A DNA stretch of 24,000 nucleotides from Defluviitaleaceae bacterium (GTDB lineage Bacteria > Bacillota > Clostridia > Lachnospirales > UBA5962): assembly GCA_009779915.1 (NCBI GenBank), contig WRBA01000001.1, forward strand, positions 42,212 through 66,211. Reading direction: 5' to 3'. A model generated the notes under the pieces. The model was not told the origin of the DNA and made no database searches. It saw nothing but the letters and a program-made list of their open reading frames with translations. The stretch's first letter is position 1. Every line of letters starts with the position of its first letter. Below are positions 22,381 to 24,000 of this stretch, piece by piece. The position numbers and the translations under genes are program-made.

Positions 22381-22410
22381 AAAAGAGCTGACTATATAGT
22401 CAGCTCTTTT
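22381..22410. terminator. Bidirectional rho-independent terminator between convergent genes
   Basis: Perfect palindrome AAAAGAGCTGACTA-TA-TAGTCAGCTCTTTT. Confidence 0.85.
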
Positions 22411-22434
22411 TATAGCCGTTTATAAACTTTAATA

Positions 22435-23706
22435 TTAATTTGCTTGTGTGGCAATACCTACTGCGAAAGTGGCGTCATCCGGTGCGTCATCTGCTATAAT
22501 TCTAAATCTCCATTCGCCGCCTGTAACATTTCTTACCCTGACTCCAAAACCGTCAATGCCTTCAAAAACAGGTGCAGTGCCTGATATAAGGTTTTGTGAA
22601 ATCAGCTCACCCCGTTCGCTTATATAAAAGACATTGCCAAGAGGGTCATTTAGTCTAAGGGTAAAGCTTTCTCCTCCCGATTCAATCATCAGCATAAAGT
22701 TTTCACCGTTATTAAAAGTATATTGGAAGGACTCCCTCGCTTCACTTGAAGGTGCCGGCTCACTGGCTGCCGGTGCAGCGGCTATTACGCCGGCTTCTGC
22801 CATTTGGTCAGCTGCGCTTTCTCTTCCTCGTAAAAATCCAAATACTTGACCTTGAAAATCAAAGCCTTCCCTTGCGGCTATATATGTTTGGCTTCTATCC
22901 GCCTCGATAAATTTAATCCTAAATATGAGATATTCGATAAAATTAATCATATTTGAGGTTACTTGGGCACTATTGTGGAAAGAGGTATAGAAAACAGTAC
23001 CCTCTCCATAATTAAAAGATATGGCAAGAGGCACTGTGCCGTGGTTAGGCACATGTCCGCTAATATAAGTCGTCGCTTCTTCCGCTAAGTTAGTGATAAC
23101 ATACCAACCGCCCATATTAAACACAACATCTAATTGATTTATTCGCATATGAGAAGCCAAGCTGCTGTGCACTATATCCGCATTTCGAACAGTTAAAGAA
23201 GGCTCAACCGCCATATATTCAAACATATCAGGAAATGCGGCAGCTAAAGGCTCACCGGCAAGGTCAGAGGCGTATACAATGCCGCCTTGCTCCACATAAG
23301 CTCGGAGTATTCGCGAATTTAAGCCGTTATGGCTGCCGCAGTTAATAAAAACAGCAAAAAATTCACTAAGCTTTTCAAGATTACTTAAATCGGAATGACT
23401 AAGCTCATAAAAATCTACGCCTGCACCAAAAAATCTCAATATTTGCCCTACATTATCATGATGTGCATGGGTAACCCCAATTTTTAAGAGCTGGTCAGAG
23501 GAAGTGAGACCCCTTTCGCCACCAGGTACAGTACTCGTTATTTGGAGATTTAATGAGTCATTTCCCTGTATAGGATCTACATGTATATGGGGATGAACAG
23601 GCTCTATAGGGGGGTCAATTGTGACGATAGAGACTTCGCTGGCAAGGCACCCTGCAAGTATAAGTACAGTGACAGCCAATATTAAAGTTAACAGTAATTT
23701 TTTCAT
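22435..23706 (-). CDS. Hypothetical lipoprotein (423 aa), function unknown
   Basis: Signal peptide with lipobox LILAGC. GGAGGTG Shine-Dalgarno. The central region (VFINCGSHNG...YVEQGGIVYASD) loosely resembles GATase1/ThuA-like folds. Ala/Ser-rich linker, then a C-terminal beta-rich domain. None of this is verified. Confidence 0.75.
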   Translation of the reverse strand: MKKLLLTLILAVTVLILAGCLASEVSIVTIDPPIEPVHPHIHVDPIQGNDSLNLQITSTVPGGERGLTSSDQLLKIGVTHAHHDNVGQILRFFGAGVDFYELSHSDLSNLEKLSEFFAVFINCGSHNGLNSRILRAYVEQGGIVYASDLAGEPLAAAFPDMFEYMAVEPSLTVRNADIVHSSLASHMRINQLDVVFNMGGWYVITNLAEEATTYISGHVPNHGTVPLAISFNYGEGTVFYTSFHNSAQVTSNMINFIEYLIFRIKFIEADRSQTYIAAREGFDFQGQVFGFLRGRESAADQMAEAGVIAAAPAASEPAPSSEARESFQYTFNNGENFMLMIESGGESFTLRLNDPLGNVFYISERGELISQNLISGTAPVFEGIDGFGVRVRNVTGGEWRFRIIADDAPDDATFAVGIATQAN

Positions 23707-23817
23707 ATACGCACCTCCATATTTGTTTTGACTATATCTTTATAGGTCTATAGACGATGCGTTGTATTCAAATGTTCCAAGTTTCCCAAATTTAACCTGC
23801 GAATTATAGCCGTTGAT

Positions 23818-24000
23818 TTACTCTTGCCCTTGTTCTTTACGTCCCATTAACCAATAGGCCATAGCAAGCATAGCTCCGCCAAAGAAATTTCCAAAGGTTG
23901 TGGCAAAAAGATTATTAGCGATACCTCCAACTGTAGCACCGCCGTCAGTCCACAAAAAGCCTTTGAGGCTAAATAAAGTCATATTGGCTATTGAATGTTC
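23818..24000 (-). CDS. Formate/nitrite transporter (FNT) family protein, C-terminal fragment (gene begins beyond window)
   Basis: Reverse-strand translation: EHSIANMTLFSLKGFLWTDGGATVGGIANNLFATTFGNFFGGAMLAMAYWLMGRKEQGQE*. EHSIANM is the FNT signature. Stop TAA lies at 23820-23818. Confidence 0.8.
   Translation of the reverse strand, partial: EHSIANMTLFSLKGFLWTDGGATVGGIANNLFATTFGNFFGGAMLAMAYWLMGRKEQGQE

Overview
The window looks like chromosomal DNA from a low-GC Firmicute, probably Clostridia-like. It opens with the end of the ribosomal/RNA polymerase cluster (rpsD 3' end, rpoA, rplQ). About 9 kb of mostly minus-strand accessory genes follow: a coiled-coil tail-anchored protein, a PAS-PAS-GGDEF cyclase, an SPFH/ribbon-helix-helix pair, an ECF sigma/anti-sigma pair, a TetR regulator divergent from a methyltransferase, and a GNAT. 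Then rplM-rpsI appears on the opposite strand to rpoA-rplQ. Downstream are a second ECF sigma/anti-sigma pair, a DD-carboxypeptidase, an agr-type quorum-sensing locus, an MFS/DUF362 Fe-S/GNAT operon, a stand-alone SagB-type nitroreductase, an unknown lipoprotein, and the 3' end of a formate/nitrite transporter.

The agr locus reads xre, LytTR regulator, HPK10-type kinase, a repeat-rich gap, then agrD and agrB. The main item missing from the ORF track is a 47-codon AgrD-type autoinducing-peptide precursor at 17474..17617, just before agrB.

The intergenic DNA is unusually rich in structured repeats:
- Two copies of a ~125-bp TA-flanked MITE-like element, one nested inside the other (21263..21519).
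- A 160-bp inverted-repeat element with a TATTA duplication inside the leader of an ECF sigma operon (6854..7013).
- A nested inverted/direct repeat block upstream of agrD.
- A 31-33-nt palindromic motif upstream of two unrelated regulator genes, in the same orientation relative to each.

I saw no rRNA, tRNA, CRISPR array, transposase or obvious phage-defence genes. All family assignments come from motif recognition by eye and need HMM/BLAST confirmation.
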